Assembly (NCBI RefSeq): GCF_001194135.2
Contig: NC_069000.1
Location: 24,185,856-24,249,855 of the forward strand
DNA: 64,000 bases
Reading direction: 5' to 3'
Source: Octopus bimaculoides
Taxonomy: Eukaryota
The notes beneath the pieces were generated by a model that had not been told where the DNA came from, did no database searches, and saw only the letters and a list, made by a program, of their open reading frames with translations. Numbering within the stretch: position 1 is the stretch's first letter; the number at the start of each line of letters is the position of its first letter. Positions 1-11,763 of this stretch are shown here, piece after piece. The translations under genes and the position numbers were made by a program.

Positions 1-129
1 CATATAGTGCAAAAATACGATAGTGTAGTGAATGCAGGTTGAATTGAAGGCTACTGCTTGTTTATGAATTCTGCCAAATGTGAGCTTTCTTTTCAGGTAC
101 ATGACACTGCTGCCCTCCATCCTACGGTC

Positions 130-2986
130 TCACGGGCCCACACCTCCCATACCCTGAGACGTTGGCACACTCAACATCAGCACACTGAAAGGTAGGTCTG
201 GTGAGATTGTTGAGATGCTTGAACGGAGATGTGTCGATTTGTGCTGCCTCCAAGAAGTAAGGTGAAGAGGAGGTTCTGCTAGGTTCCTCACAGGCAAAGA
301 GCACAGGTACAAGATTTTCTGGGTGGGGAACAAAGATGGGGTTGGGGGCGTGGGTATACTTCTTGAGGAGAAATGGGTTGATAAGGTAATCGAGGTAGTC
401 AGAGTCTGCGATAGAATGCTTAAGATTAGATTAGTGCTTCATCATGGATTAGCAACCATTATCTCAGCCTATGCCCCTCAGCTGGGGCTACCTGATGGAC
501 AGAAAGACCGATTTTATGACACCCTCTTGCAGACTACCTCGTCGACGAATGACAGGGACCTTCTCTTTGTGGCTGGTGACTTCATGTTGGACAACATGCA
601 GGGGGCTTCCATGGTGTACATGGAGGCTATGGTTTTGGTTTCCGCAATGAGGAGGGAACCAGACTGCTGGAGTTCTGCAATGCAAATGATCTTATGGTTT
701 GCAATACTACCTTCCGGAAACCTGCCAGTCATCTAGTCACCTACTGTTCTGGCAGATACACTAGCCAAATTGACTACATCCTCACCAGAAAAAGGGAAAG
801 ATGGCTGCTTATAAATGCCAAAACCTTCTCAGGTGAAGACTGTACCCCACGACATAGACTAGTAGTTAGTGACTTCAGAATCAGGGCTAAATGGATGCCC
901 AGAAGATGACCAGCATGGAGGAGAAGCTGAAAGATCCTGCGAATGGACAGAGAATTAGAGACGTATTACTTTAAGCCTTTGATGAAATAGAAGGGGATAT
1001 AGCATCACATGATGTGGAAAACAACTGGAGGATTCTATGGGACAACCTGCTGAAGGCCACTGACCAGATCTGTGGATGGTGCAAAGTCCCCTCTCGACCC
1101 AAGGTAATGTGGCGGTGGAACAATGTTGTTGACAGGGCTATAGGGGAAAAGAAACAGGCTGGTTAAGGACTGGAAGAACAGAGGTAGCAGGGAATTGTAT
1201 CAGACTGCCAGAAGGGAAGCTAGGAGACAAGGAAAGTCCCTGGCCCATCAGGAATCACCACAGAGATGCTCAAAATATCTGACAGTGTTGGCTATAGCCT
1301 AGTTACCTGTATAGTTAACCAGGTGATACATGAAAGAATCATACCCAATGACTNNNNNNNNNNATCTGACAGTGTTGGCTATAGCCTAGTTACCTGTATA
1401 GTTAACCAGGTGATACATGAAAGAATCATACCCAATGACTGGTGTAGCAGCACCATAGTCAACTGCTACAAAGGTAAAGGTGACACTTTAGATACAAATA
1501 ATTACAGAGGTATCAAGTTCTTGGATCAGGTAATGAAGGTCACAGAGAGGGTTATAGCCCAACTAATTAGGGAGAGAGTCAGTTTAGATGTGATACAGTT
1601 TGGGTTCATGCCGGGGAAAAGCACCACCGATGCTATATTTCTGGTAAGACAGCTGCAAGAGAAATACCTAGCCAAAGATAAACCTCTGTACCTGGCTTTC
1701 GTTGACATGGAGAAAACCTTTGACAGGGTCCCCCTATCCCTTATCTGATGGTCAATGAGGAAACTAGGGATAAATGAATGGTTAGTGAGAGCTGTGCAAA
1801 CCATGTACAGGGACGCTGTCAGTAAGGTGAGGGTTGGCAACGAGTACAGTGAAGAATTCTGGGTAGAGATAGGGGTCCACCAAGGTTTAATCTTCATCCC
1901 CCTCCTATTTATCATAGTCCTCCAGGCAATAACAGAGGAATTCAAGACAGGATGCCCCTGAGAGCTCCTCTATGCTGATGACCTTGCACTAATGGTCGAG
2001 TCACTATCAGAATTAGAGGAGAAGTTTCAGGTGTGGAAGCAAGGATTAGAATCGAAGGGCCTTAGAGTCAACCTAGCTAAAACCAAAGTCCTAATAAATA
2101 GAAAGGCAAACAAATCACAAATCCCTTCAGGTAGATGGCCCTGCTTGATCTGTAGAAAAGGCATAGGTAGAAACTCCATAAGTTGTACCCAGTGTAAGCT
2201 ATGGACACATAAGAGGTGCAACAATATCAAAGGAAGGCTAACTAGAAAGATAGTTTTTGTATGTGGCAGATGCTCAGGAGCAATAAACACTGAAAATGTG
2301 CAGAGAACAACTTCTGCCACATTCCAGGGAGAAAAACGAGAAGTAGCTGATAGCTTCTGTTACCTAGGTGACCAAGTCAGTAGTGGGGGTGGGTGCTCTG
2401 AAAGTGTAGCTGCTAGAATAAGAATAGCCTGGGCAAAGTTTAGAGAGCTCCTACCTCTGCTGGTGACAAAGGGCCTCTCTCTCAGAGTAAAAGGTAGACT
2501 GTATGATGCATGTGTATCAACAGCAGTGAAAAATGGGCCGTGAGTGCTGAGGACATGCGTAAGCTTGCAAGGAACGAAGTGAGTATGTTCCACTGGATGT
2601 GTAATGTCAGTGTGCATACTCAACAGAGTGTAAGTGCCTTGAGAGAAAAGTTGGACCTAAGAAGCATCAGATATGGTGTGCAAGAGAGACGACGGCGCTG
2701 GTATGGTCATGTGGTGAGAATGGATGAGGATAGCTATGTGAAAAAGTGTCACAGCCTAGTGGTTGAGGGAACCTGTGGAAGAGGTTGACCCAGGAAGACC
2801 TGGGATGAGGTGGTGAAGCACAACCTTTGAATATTAGGCCTCACCGAGGCAATGACTAGTGACCGAGACCTTTGGAAATATGCTGTGCTTGAGAAGNNNN
2901 NNNNNNTAGGCCTCACCGAGGCAATGACTAGTGACCGAGACCTTTGGAAATATGCTGTGCTTGAGAAGACCCAGCAAGCCAAGTGA
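130..2986 (+). mobile_element. RTE-clade LINE ORF (APE endonuclease + reverse transcriptase), degenerate with stops, frameshifts and an internal deletion
   Basis: APE motifs DLCCLQEVR, GVGGVGILL, ISAYAPQ, FVAGDF; RT motifs YKGKGD..NYRGI, QFGFMPGKSTTDAIF, FVDMEKTFDRVP, GVHQG, LLYADDL (ctcctctatgctgatgac near 1964-1981); RTE C-terminal WYGHVVRM..GRG.PRKTW. The linker is shortened near 1230. Confidence 0.95.
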
Positions 2987-3577
2987 GACCATAACCCATG
3001 GCCTATGCCAGTGGTGTAACCAGCCCACTTATGCGTACCTTTTCTTCATTAGACTCTAAACTCTGCTTGTGAAGACCTGTTAAGGCAAGTGAAATTGAAA
3101 TGAAATATGATGGCAGCACTGCTTGACTGGCATCCATGCTAGTGGAGCGCTAAGAGCACCATCCGAGCGTGATTGTTGCCAGGGCTGCTGACTGGCTCCC
3201 GTGCCAGTGGCACGCAAAAAGCACCATTCAAGTGTAATCGTTACCATTGTCACCTTACTGGCATGTGAAAGACAACATTTCAGCGAGGTCGTTGCCAGTG
3301 CTGCTGGACTGGTTCCGGTGCAGGTGGCACATAAAAAACACCATTTGAGCATGGCCATTGCCAGTACCGCCTGACTGGCCCTCATGCCGGTGGCATGTAA
3401 AAGCACCCACTACACTCTCGGAGTGGTTGGCGTTAGGAAGGGCATCCAACTGTAGAAACTCTGCTAGATCAGATTGGAGCCTGGTGCAGCCATCTGGCTC
3501 GCCAGTCCTCAGTCAAACCATCCAACCCATGCCAACATGGAAAGCAGATGTTAAACGATGATGATGATGATGATGCC
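2987..3577 (+). repeat. 3' UTR/tail of the RTE element: internal tandem subunits, conserved tail block, (GAT)n end
   Basis: About four copies of a unit like gtgccagtggcacg(t)aaaaagcaccat; block gagtggttggcgttaggaagggcatcc; ends in aaacgatgatgatgatgatgatg. Confidence 0.75.
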
Positions 3578-3691
3578 ATGCATGTGGGAACAGTGTTCAA
3601 TGAACTGTGGTGTGTGTCTGAAGTTGGTTGTTTCACTCTTTAAGTGTGGTTTAAGGAAGATTTGGCTGCTATTGAAAGGAATACGATGTGC

Positions 3692-3697
3692 TTTATT
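3692..3697 (-). terminator. candidate poly(A) signal (AATAAA) of gene 2
   Basis: tttatt on the plus strand, about 100 nt past the predicted TAA at 3796-3798. Confidence 0.4.
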
Positions 3698-3795
3698 AAG
3701 GTACACTAGAATTATTACTGAACATATTTTTCATGTATACTGTTACTGCAACTATTACATGTTATGCATGGATTTTCTTAGATTATAACCCCAGG

Positions 3796-3897
3796 TTATT
3801 CCCAACATATGCTATGAAAGTCTGGAATCTTCCTAATGGTTGTGATGGATCTGTGTTGTTTGTTCTTTGTATTACTGAATAAATATTTATTCACTAT
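3796..3897 (-). CDS. gene 2 candidate terminal exon (IVNKYLFSNTKNKQHRSITTIRKIPDFHSICWE*)
   Basis: Acceptor ttaatgctttcag|; only phase 0 is open, matching the phase-0 end of exon 4607-4707; AATAAA downstream. Confidence 0.45.
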   Translation of the reverse strand: MVNKYLFSNTKNKQHRSITTIRKIPDFHSICWE

Positions 3898-4139
3898 CTG
3901 AAAGCATTAATGAATGTAAATGAAGTAATACTAATTTTGGAAGAAACTGTTAAAAGTGACATTATGAAAAAGTTAATGGACTTAAAGGAAAAGAAATAGA
4001 TGTATCTGGATGAATATTTGTTTTTGAATCTATTGCTGTATAATGTTATTCATTATTATGATTTTGCTGAATCTTTTTGTTAGTTTGATGGGGGTGGTTA
4101 TGTAATTTGTTCATTTTTAATTGCAGTCATGATAATGAT

Positions 4140-4330
4140 AATTATCACCATTTAATGTCCATTTTCCATGCTGGCATAGGTTGGACAGTTTGACAAGAGC
4201 TGGCAAAACAGAAAACTGTGCCATGCTCCAGTGTCTTGGTATGGTCTCTATGGCTGGATGCCCTTCCTATTGCCAGCCACTTTACAGAATGTACTGTGTG
4301 CTTTTAATGTGGCACCAGCACAGTGGTATG
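4140..4330 (-). mobile_element. inverted copy of the RTE-type 3' tail (SINE-like)
   Basis: ttccatgctggcataggttgg...ggctggatgcccttcctattgccagccact is the reverse complement of the tail block at about 3420-3545. Confidence 0.7.
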
Positions 4331-4606
4331 GTTGTTTTTCAGCTGGATTCCCCCGGTAATGCCAACCATTTGAGTGGAGAGAGGTTAAAGCATAATAGGA
4401 ACAAGTGTCTTGCTGTTGAGGAGAAATATGGTGACTCAGGAAAGAAAGGTTAGAAAGGGATGCAGGACAGAGATACATCGGAAGATAAGGAGACATGGCT
4501 ACACAAACTGGGAATGAAAACATGGAGAGAATGGAGGATAAAGAGAGATTTATATATCCAACATGTTTGAGTATTTTATTGTTCAACTTGTGTTATAATC
4601 ACTTAC

Positions 4607-4707
4607 AGTAGCAAAATTTCTTTTAAACTTCAAAATCACTCCAAGCTTTTTAAATGATTGCTTTGCTGTTTCCATATTTTGTAATTCATGTGTAAATGAT
4701 GCCAAGC
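4607..4707 (-). CDS. gene 2 candidate exon (GLASFTHELQNMETAKQSFKKLGVILKFKRNFAT)
   Basis: Acceptor tctacacatcag|, donor ACT|gtaagt; 101 nt, only phase 1->0 is open. Confidence 0.6.
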
Positions 4708-5099
4708 CTGATGTGTAGATAAATACTGTTTGCTCTATTGTTGGTTTCATATTTCATTGTCCGAAGTCTTTCTGAATGAGAATTTCCTTGTAAGCAACAT
4801 TCTTTGTGGAATGTTTGTCATTGTTTTGGTTTCTTCCTTTTTTCTCTTTTTCTTTTAAATTTTTTCAGTTGTGTTGTCTGTTTTGTCCAATTTTCTAATT
4901 TACTTTTGTAAAGACCGATAAAATGATTACCAGATATATATACATAAAATAAGTACGGGGTCTATTTATTTGACTAAAATTCTTCAAGGCTGTTCCCTAG
5001 CATGATATAAATAAAAGATGTGTGTGTGTGTGTGTGTGTGTGTGCATTTACACACATATATTTATGTATGTGTATTTAGAGAGAGAGAGAGGGAGTGCA

Positions 5100-5395
5100 A
5101 TGACGTTGATTATGAATATAAAGGAATCATTAGATACCCGTGAAACCTCATCTAAAGTGATTAAGACATTTTGCAAAGATTTAGATGTGACAGTGTTGTC
5201 TTGTTTCTCATTCTGTATATCGCTGTATTTATGACGCAAGTAAAAAGATAAATTTCGATACTCGAATTTAAGTTCGGCTGAGTTAAACGATGTAAAGCGT
5301 GAAGCAAGGGAGGTAATTCTCAATGTACAATCTTACTCGGACAGAGAGCTGAGATAATTGAAAAAAGGTACACAAATTGCAATGTTTGATTAAAT
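5100..5395 (+). mobile_element. possible degenerate BEL/Pao pol fragment
   Basis: Translation SSAELNDVKREAREVILNVQSYSDRELR*LKKG resembles the BEL/Pao region between RNase H and integrase; weak. Confidence 0.25.
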
Positions 5396-5649
5396 TTAGT
5401 TGACTTTAAACTTGTCCAACACAACACTAAAAAAGAAGAATGATATAGATTGGTAAGGCAAACAATTTTCACTATTGTATTTTTACAGGTGGTTATATTT
5501 GTCAGCTTGAGAACTGCTGTACTAAGTATTAGTTTAAAGATGACCGCTGTGGGTTTTTATGCACTTCATTGACGGATAGCTACATTTGAATATCTTTAGT
5601 ACCAGATAAGTACAAGTATTAAAAATTATTGTTGTGGAAAATGTAACTA

Positions 5650-5800
5650 GCAAGCATGGCTGTGAAGTTAACAAATTCACTTGACAACCACATGGTTCCA
5701 TGTACAATTTCACTACTCAACACCTTGGGCAGGTGTCTTCTATCATAACCTCAGAGTGACCAGCATTTTATGAGTTGAATTTCGGAGACTGAAACTTCTG
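5650..5800 (+). mobile_element. degenerate SINE family A head
   Basis: catggctgtg...accacatggttcc...caccttgggcaggtgtcttcta. Confidence 0.6.
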
Positions 5801-6067
5801 TGCAATCCCTTTGTATGTTATATATGTGTATATCTATCTTCTGTTTACAACTGTGATGAGCATAAAAAGTGGTGAGGAAATTGAAAAGCCAGTATTCTCT
5901 GAATTAAATACTATGTGAAATGTTTTTCTGTACTATTATAGACATTAAACTTGTTATTCTTGCTCACAGAAACTCAGTGAACCAGTGATTGACCTATTAG
6001 AAATACAAAATAAATAAGCTAAAGATAATATTAAACTATGCTAATGAATACTACTCACACTGCTAAC

Positions 6068-6108
6068 CTTTGTTTTTTGCCCAAGAGGAAGCTGGCAAAG
6101 AACTTAGA
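6068..6108 (-). CDS. gene 2 candidate exon (LSSLPASSWAKNK)
   Basis: Acceptor tatcttttcaacag|, donor AAAG|gttagc; 41 nt, phase 2->1, fits both neighbours. Confidence 0.55.
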
Positions 6109-6482
6109 CTGTTGAAAAGATAATAATCTAAGAATAAAAAGATTCAAATGTGAGTAAATAACACTTATTTTATAAAGGAATTTTTTTTAAACAAACTTTA
6201 ATTTTCTAAAACAATATCCATGTTTATCTTATAATGTTCAGCACAATAGGTATCATTTTCTGTAGTACACTAAAGACATTTATGTGAAGATATATACATT
6301 ATCATATGATCTATTTGCATTAATTAAAAAAAAAAAAAAGAATTACAAAAGTAGACACTAGGAAAATGGAGACAATATGAAAGAAAAGGTAACCTATAAT
6401 AAATAACGAAAACAGAGTGAGGCACCCTCTCTCTGTTATACATCACCCCAGGAGACACTGGTATTCACATTATTGAGACAAC

Positions 6483-6700
6483 CTTTTCATCCAGTTATAG
6501 CTGCAGCAACCCCCTCTTTTTTTCCGCAGCATCAAGGACATGTGGTAGTGCAAATGAGGTGTTAACAGTGATGTCTCGCATAAAGAAGCATCTGCCTCTA
6601 ATCCATGAGTAAAAAGTGAGTCTATAATGGAATTGAAGGCTTGTGATACCTGTGGAGTATCTCCGTCTCCCATTATAATTATTTCTGTAGTTTTAAGGAT
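6483..6700 (-). CDS. gene 2 candidate exon (ILKTTEIIIMGDGDTPQVSQAFNSIIDSLFTHGLEADASLCETSLLTPHLHYHMSLMLRKKRGGCCSYNWMK)
   Basis: Acceptor ttcttcgtgttccag|; 72 open codons (inside ORF 6470..6742); donor AAAAG|gttgtc, phase 0->2. Confidence 0.6.
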
Positions 6701-6769
6701 CTGGAACACGAAGAAGAAGTTTACAAGTGGAGTGCAATTCAATAGTCATTTATTTTTAGTTTTTGTTCA

Positions 6770-7686
6770 TGTGGCTCGCTCCCAGTGATTTAGAGGACTG
6801 TCACTGAACAATTGTTGATATGACTGGTGTGTCCTGGAGCTCCTGCCTAGGAATTTTGAGTGAAGAATTGTGAATGAAAAGAGTTGCAACAAAATTTGTG
6901 CCTCACTTGCTCATGGAAGATCAAAAACAGTCACAACTGAATGTGTGTCGTGAACTGAGGGAACTGTTGGAAGTTGATCTGGACCTTTTTCTCAAAAGTC
7001 ATCACAGGTTGCAAAAGCTGGTGCTATGGCTACAACCCAGAAATGAAGCAGCAATCAAGTCAATGGAAACATTCAATATCACCATGCCCCCTAAAAGCCC
7101 GTCAAATGAAGTCCAATGCAAAGATGATGCTGAAATTGTTTCATTGAAGTGAAAGGAATTGTCCACACAGAATTTGCTCCTCCTGGTCAAACTGTTAACC
7201 AAACATTCTACTTGGCAGTTCTGAAGTGTTTGTGTGATGTGGTGAGATGAAAATGCCCCAACCTGTGGCAAAGGGGAGCGTGGTGGTTTCATCATGACAA
7301 TGCTCCTGTGCACATTGCTTTGAGTGTGAGACAGTTTTTGACCCAAAATGACATCATCCTGCTTACCCACCCTTCCTATTCATGCGAACTTGCTCCCTGC
7401 AACTTTTTTTTGTTTCCATGAATGAAAGAAGTCCTTGAAGGAAAACGTTTTGCAGATGTAGAAGAGGTGAAAAAAAAAACAGAAACAAAAAAAAAAAAGC
7501 AACAAAAGCATTAAAAGGCATCACTTCACAAGAGTTGCAGGACTGCTTTGAACAGTGGAAAATGCATCTGAACTGATGCATTGCTTCAAATGGAGAATAC
7601 TTTGAAGGTAATAAAAGTGTAAACATGTAAAACTAAGTGAATAAAATAATATTGCAAAATTCCGGTTCCTTTTGGGTACCCCCTTG
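6770..7686 (+). mobile_element. mariner (DD34D) transposon remnant with 3' TIR
   Basis: KRVATKFVPHLL, WFHHDNAPVH, LTHPSYS.ELAPCNFFLFP, GEYFEG; TIR ttccggttccttttgggtaccccc. Confidence 0.9.
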
Positions 7687-7977
7687 TTTGCACACACACA
7701 CACACACACTCTCAAATATACACACACACACACTCACATATGCATACATACATGCATTTTTAATCTTTTACTTGTTTCGCCATCAGTACTGCTTTGAAGA
7801 ATTTTAGTCAAATGGATTGACCTCAATACATGTTTTAAAGCGTTGTACATATTCTATTCGTCCCTTTTACCAACTGCTAAGTTACAGGGACGTAAATCCA
7901 CCAACACCAGATGTCAAGTAATGGTGGAACACACACACAAACATGCACACACACACACTTACAAATACACACACACA

Positions 7978-8051
7978 CACTGGGCCTCTTCTGGTTTCCA
8001 TCTACCAAATCCACTCACAAGGCCTTGGTCAGTCCGAGGCTATGGTAGAAG
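7978..8051 (-). mobile_element. SINE family A fragment
   Basis: tttccatctaccaaatccactcacaaggccttggtcagtccgaggctatggtagaag. Confidence 0.75.
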
Positions 8052-8239
8052 TTTCAAAATATATGCAATCACAAAAATTCATATCCGTATGGGTAGTGTA
8101 TGTTAGACGAGGCAACTGACAAGTGATATTTTATATGTGTATCTATATTGCTGGCCTTGTGACTCTCTTCAAACAACCTGGCTAAGGGAACATCATTAAG
8201 TGATAAAAAGTAAAACTGTGTTATGTTAAAAGGGTTTAC

Positions 8240-8306
8240 AGGCAAATATTGGGTTGTCCGGAAAGTAATGGGTATAGAAGATTCCTGATGTTCCTTCTGT
8301 CTCATT
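8240..8306 (-). CDS. gene 2 candidate exon (MRQKEHQESSIPITFRTTQYLP)
   Basis: Acceptor gtcattgcag|, donor CCT|gtaaac; 67 nt, phase 2->0, links exons 9360 and 6700. Confidence 0.5.
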
Positions 8307-8984
8307 CTGCAATGACTAACTTCATTTCAAGTTTTGTACTATACATTATCATCTCTTGTATCTCACTGAAACATATGTCCTTTAGTTGTTTCAAATGAAC
8401 AATTGTAACTTCATTCCCACCCTTGATAAAAAAACAAATTTGTTCTCCCCTCCCCTCTCTCCCTCTCCCAACCATGCTTCAGCAAGGTTAGGATTAGCCA
8501 GTATCAATTTGGATGCCATAACCATGCCAAGTTACATACTTTTAACCAAATGATAATATTCACAAGTAATCATTTACTTTCAGAAGTCTCAATCAGCTGC
8601 AGATCAAAACTGACAATGTAACTAATATCTGCTTTCAATACACTTTATAATGGACAAACCCACAAAAAAAACAAAAACATATCAATGTTAACATATCAAT
8701 CACATATTTATTGTTTGCATATTCACATCATACAATATTCATAGTAATTACGTATTTTGCTAGTATGTGTTGTATCCTCATATGTGATAGACCACAAGTG
8801 ATTACTTTATCTTTAACTTGTATCTCTCTCCTAGATAGAATAGACTTCAACATAAAGCATGGGTTTGGTTGCTGTTTTGAAATAGTAGCTGCTGTACTTC
8901 TAAAGTAAACAGAATCACATGGCAGAATGGAATACTGGGCTGGTAAGATGTGGAAAAAAAAAGAGAAAACCCTTCAGCATCTGA

Positions 8985-9300
8985 ATTCCAGGCCAGTGGG
9001 TTCAAACTGAAAGCATACTGGTGACAGGAAAATAAAACGAAGAGCATAAAACAAAGAAAAAAATCTTGAAGAGATTCTGCATAGGCTATCTGACTGTGGT
9101 CTGAAGTTGAAAAAAGAGAAAACCCTTCAGCATCTGAANNNNNNNNNNNNNNNNNNNNNNNNNNNNNNNNNNNNNNNNNNNNNNNNNNNNNNNNNNNNNN
9201 NNNNNNNNNNNNNNNNNNNNNNNNNNNNNNNNNNNNNNGGTTCTGCATAGGTTTTCTGACTGTGGTCTGAAGTTGGAAAAAGAGAAAAGCAAGTTTATGA
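8985..9300 (+). mobile_element. Gypsy-type RT remnant (partly duplicated around a gap)
   Basis: IPGQWVQTESILVTGK*NEEH...NLEEILHRLSDCGLKLKKEK matches the YLDDILVTG..EH..NL..VL.RL...GL.LKK.KC region. Confidence 0.6.
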
Positions 9301-9359
9301 CTCCAGGGTTGTGCCTTCAGTCTATGATTATTATATTGGTAACATAGTGAAGCATTTAC

Positions 9360-9395
9360 CTCATGAATACATCGGAATCAATTCTGCCTGAGCTG
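9360..9395 (-). CDS. gene 2 candidate exon (SSGRIDSDVFM); alternative acceptor at 9429
   Basis: Strong donor ATGAG|gtaaat; acceptor attcatttttag|; phase 2->2. Confidence 0.45.
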
Positions 9396-10009
9396 CTAAA
9401 AATGAATACTCTTGACAGACATTCTTGCCCTAAATACCATCAGTTTGCAGGTTCATTCAGTCATGGAGTATTTCCCAGTGTGTTGTGGAAAAATATTGAA
9501 TCCTGACCCTCAGCTAGATGAGCGTGTAAATAATTGTAGTAAACAGAATACTGCATTGGTGAGATATAAGCTAAGTCTTCAATAATTGACTTCTAGGTCA
9601 GCAGGTTCACACTTTTTATATCATATTTAAAAGTCTACCCAATTCATCATTTCCAATATCTAATGTCTAACTAAAAACTTCTCATGTGTTTGTGCTGCGT
9701 ACAACTTTGAAAAATTAATATCAAAACGTCTCCCAGACTAAAATTTTAATTCTGTTATTCTGGTTCTGGTCGAGATTGAAATAAAACAAAATGATAAAGA
9801 TCACTACCTATTCTTATCAGCTTGAAAAAATATAAATATTTCTTATGTACATCTGAAATCTCAGAGCACAAGAGACAGGGCTTTGCAATGTTTCAGTGTT
9901 TCCAAATTGCATTGAATTGATTATGTATTTTGAAAATGTTGGTTCCAAATTTAAACTTTGAGTACTCAACTGTGTATTGTTTGCCTTCGAATTGATGATA
10001 TACTAGTGA

Positions 10010-10160
10010 CAAATATGTATAATGAAAACAAAAACCTTGAAGAGATACTGCATGTGTTGCTAAACTGTGGTTCTTAAGTTAAAGAAGAAGGAAGAAAGCC
10101 CAGCCTTATGGTTCTAGAGGTAGTCTACTTGGGTTTCAAAATAACAAGCGAGGATGATAT
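10010..10160 (+). mobile_element. second Gypsy-type RT remnant
   Basis: NLEEILHVLLNCG...FMVLEVVYLGFKIT. Confidence 0.5.
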
Positions 10161-10384
10161 GTTTCCAGCACCTGATAAATTGTCAAAGGCCTTTAGCTAG
10201 AAAATATCAACCAGATTGAACCAATCTTGGAGATGCTGAACTACCTTCACTAGTAACTAACAAATTTACCAATTAAGAACTTATACATAGATTGTCAAAA
10301 AAGCATGTGCCATGAAGATGGAGGTTAGACCAAAAGATTTTTTATTTTAAATCCCACTACTGCACCAGAACAACCTAGTTAACC

Positions 10385-10765
10385 TGAATTATTTACATTA
10401 GACGGATATTTGTCCTCATCTTGTTTGTTGTTAACACAACGTTTCGACTGATATACCCTCCAGCCTAAAACAGGTGTCTTGGGGGAAATTTCGAACCTGG
10501 GTTCACATTCCTAAGGTATTTTATAATGTTATTATTATTATTATTATTATTATAACATCGTAAAATACCTTAAGAATGTGAACCCAGGTTCGAAATTCCC
10601 CTAAGACACCTGATGAAAGCTGGAGAGTATATCAGCCGAAATATTGTGTTAACAACAACTGCTTGGAATCGAACTCGGAATCTTGGGCTTAGTAACTCGC
10701 GCTCTTAACCACAACGCCATAAATAATGTAAATAACGTACATAATTCCTCATCTCTTAAATATAG
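10385..10765. mobile_element. non-coding Penelope pLTR derivative: inverted pLTR pair around (ATT)n plus a tRNA-like head
   Basis: 10420-10520 is the reverse complement of 10562-10660; same sequence as 11545-11700; tRNA-like segment at 10661-10720 on the minus strand. Confidence 0.8.
10605..10650 (+). ncRNA. minimal type-I hammerhead ribozyme motif
   Basis: gacac-CTGATGA-a-agctg-gagagtatat-cagcc-GAAA-ta-tt-gtgtt: core boxes, helix II, helix I (gacac/gtgtt), palindromic helix III (AATATT). Confidence 0.65.
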
Positions 10766-11619
10766 TGCTGTATCTTTGTACACGAAAAACTGAGAAATTA
10801 GTTTCAACACGAGTTATCTCCCTTAGATAGTTTCAACATTGTTTTTGCTGACCAAGGTCATTTTGAAATATCGAATGAAGGCTAAGTGAGAGTTATGTCC
10901 AGTAAAAAATGTTTTTTGTTTATTTGGTTTAGCTATTGTTTAGGCACGAGAAAATAATTACCACATACCTGGATATAATTTAAATATAAAATAAATCTAA
11001 TTCTATTTCTCGTTCTACAATCCATGTTTCATTGATGATTAAAATAATTACTTCATCTGCACCTGTAACCGTTCCTTTTTGGCTCCTCTTTAGCTGAAAA
11101 TAACTTGTTTCATAATGAGAGGAAAATCTACATTTAGATTGAGGGGAATAGGCTCTCGGTTTCTAATTATTTGTTTGTTAAACGAAATTAATAAAAGAAT
11201 TCTGTGAATATCTGAGATGGTCTCTTTTATTGCTTTTGGAGATTTTGATCAAAATTCTTGACTTGTTTTATTTGCCTTTTAAATTTTTAAGAATATCCTT
11301 TATATTTTTCATAGTTAGAAACTATATGATGATATTTCATTTTTCTTTCCAATGATTGGGTCATTTTTTTCATGGTTATTCTAATTCTTCGTTCCCCCAT
11401 GCCTTATCATAGTTATCATCACCATTGTAATTGTTTTTATCTAGATTGAAATAGGAACTTTTTCATTTATAGAGTTAAGAATTTTGTCAATAAATATTTA
11501 TAGACATATTTCCAGTTTTTCAGCTGACTGGATTTCACAGTTTTATATTTAAGAGATGAGGAATTATTTACATTATTTACATTTGACGGATATTTGTCCT
11601 CATCTTGTTTGTTGTTGTT

Positions 11620-11666
11620 CACAGAACGTTTCGGCTGATATACCCCTCCAGCCTTCGTCAGGTGTC
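11620..11666 (-). ncRNA. minimal hammerhead ribozyme motif in the pLTR
   Basis: Minus strand gacac-CTGACGA-a-ggctg-gaggggtatat-cagcc-GAAA-cg-tt-ctgtg; helix I 3' side is imperfect in this copy. Confidence 0.6.
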
Positions 11667-11700
11667 TTGGGGAAATTTCGAACCTGGGTTCTCATTCTTA

Positions 11701-11763
11701 ACGAATCGAACTCGGAATCTTGGGGTTAGTAGCCCGCGCTCTTGACCACTACGCCATATGCCC
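11701..11763 (-). ncRNA. tRNA-derived (Pol III A/B box-like) segment inside the Penelope 3' region
   Basis: gggcatatGGCGTAGTGGtcaagagcgcgggctactaaccccaagattccgaGTTCGATTc: A-box, anticodon-like hairpin ggg-ctactaa-ccc, B-box. Confidence 0.65.

Noticed and set aside
1274-1440. Direct duplication inside the RTE ORF (also 2836-2967 and 8960-9290)
   Set aside because: Each duplicate flanks an N run; this is typical of unmerged contig overlaps, so an assembly artefact.
4750-4915. Lys-rich minus-strand reading upstream of exon 4607-4707
   Set aside because: On recount it contains stops and a frame change; it is a low-complexity T-rich tract.
10661-10720. Functional tRNA gene (also 11701-11763 and 22963-23030)
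   Set aside because: No 3' acceptor strand or complete cloverleaf; these are tRNA-derived repeat heads.
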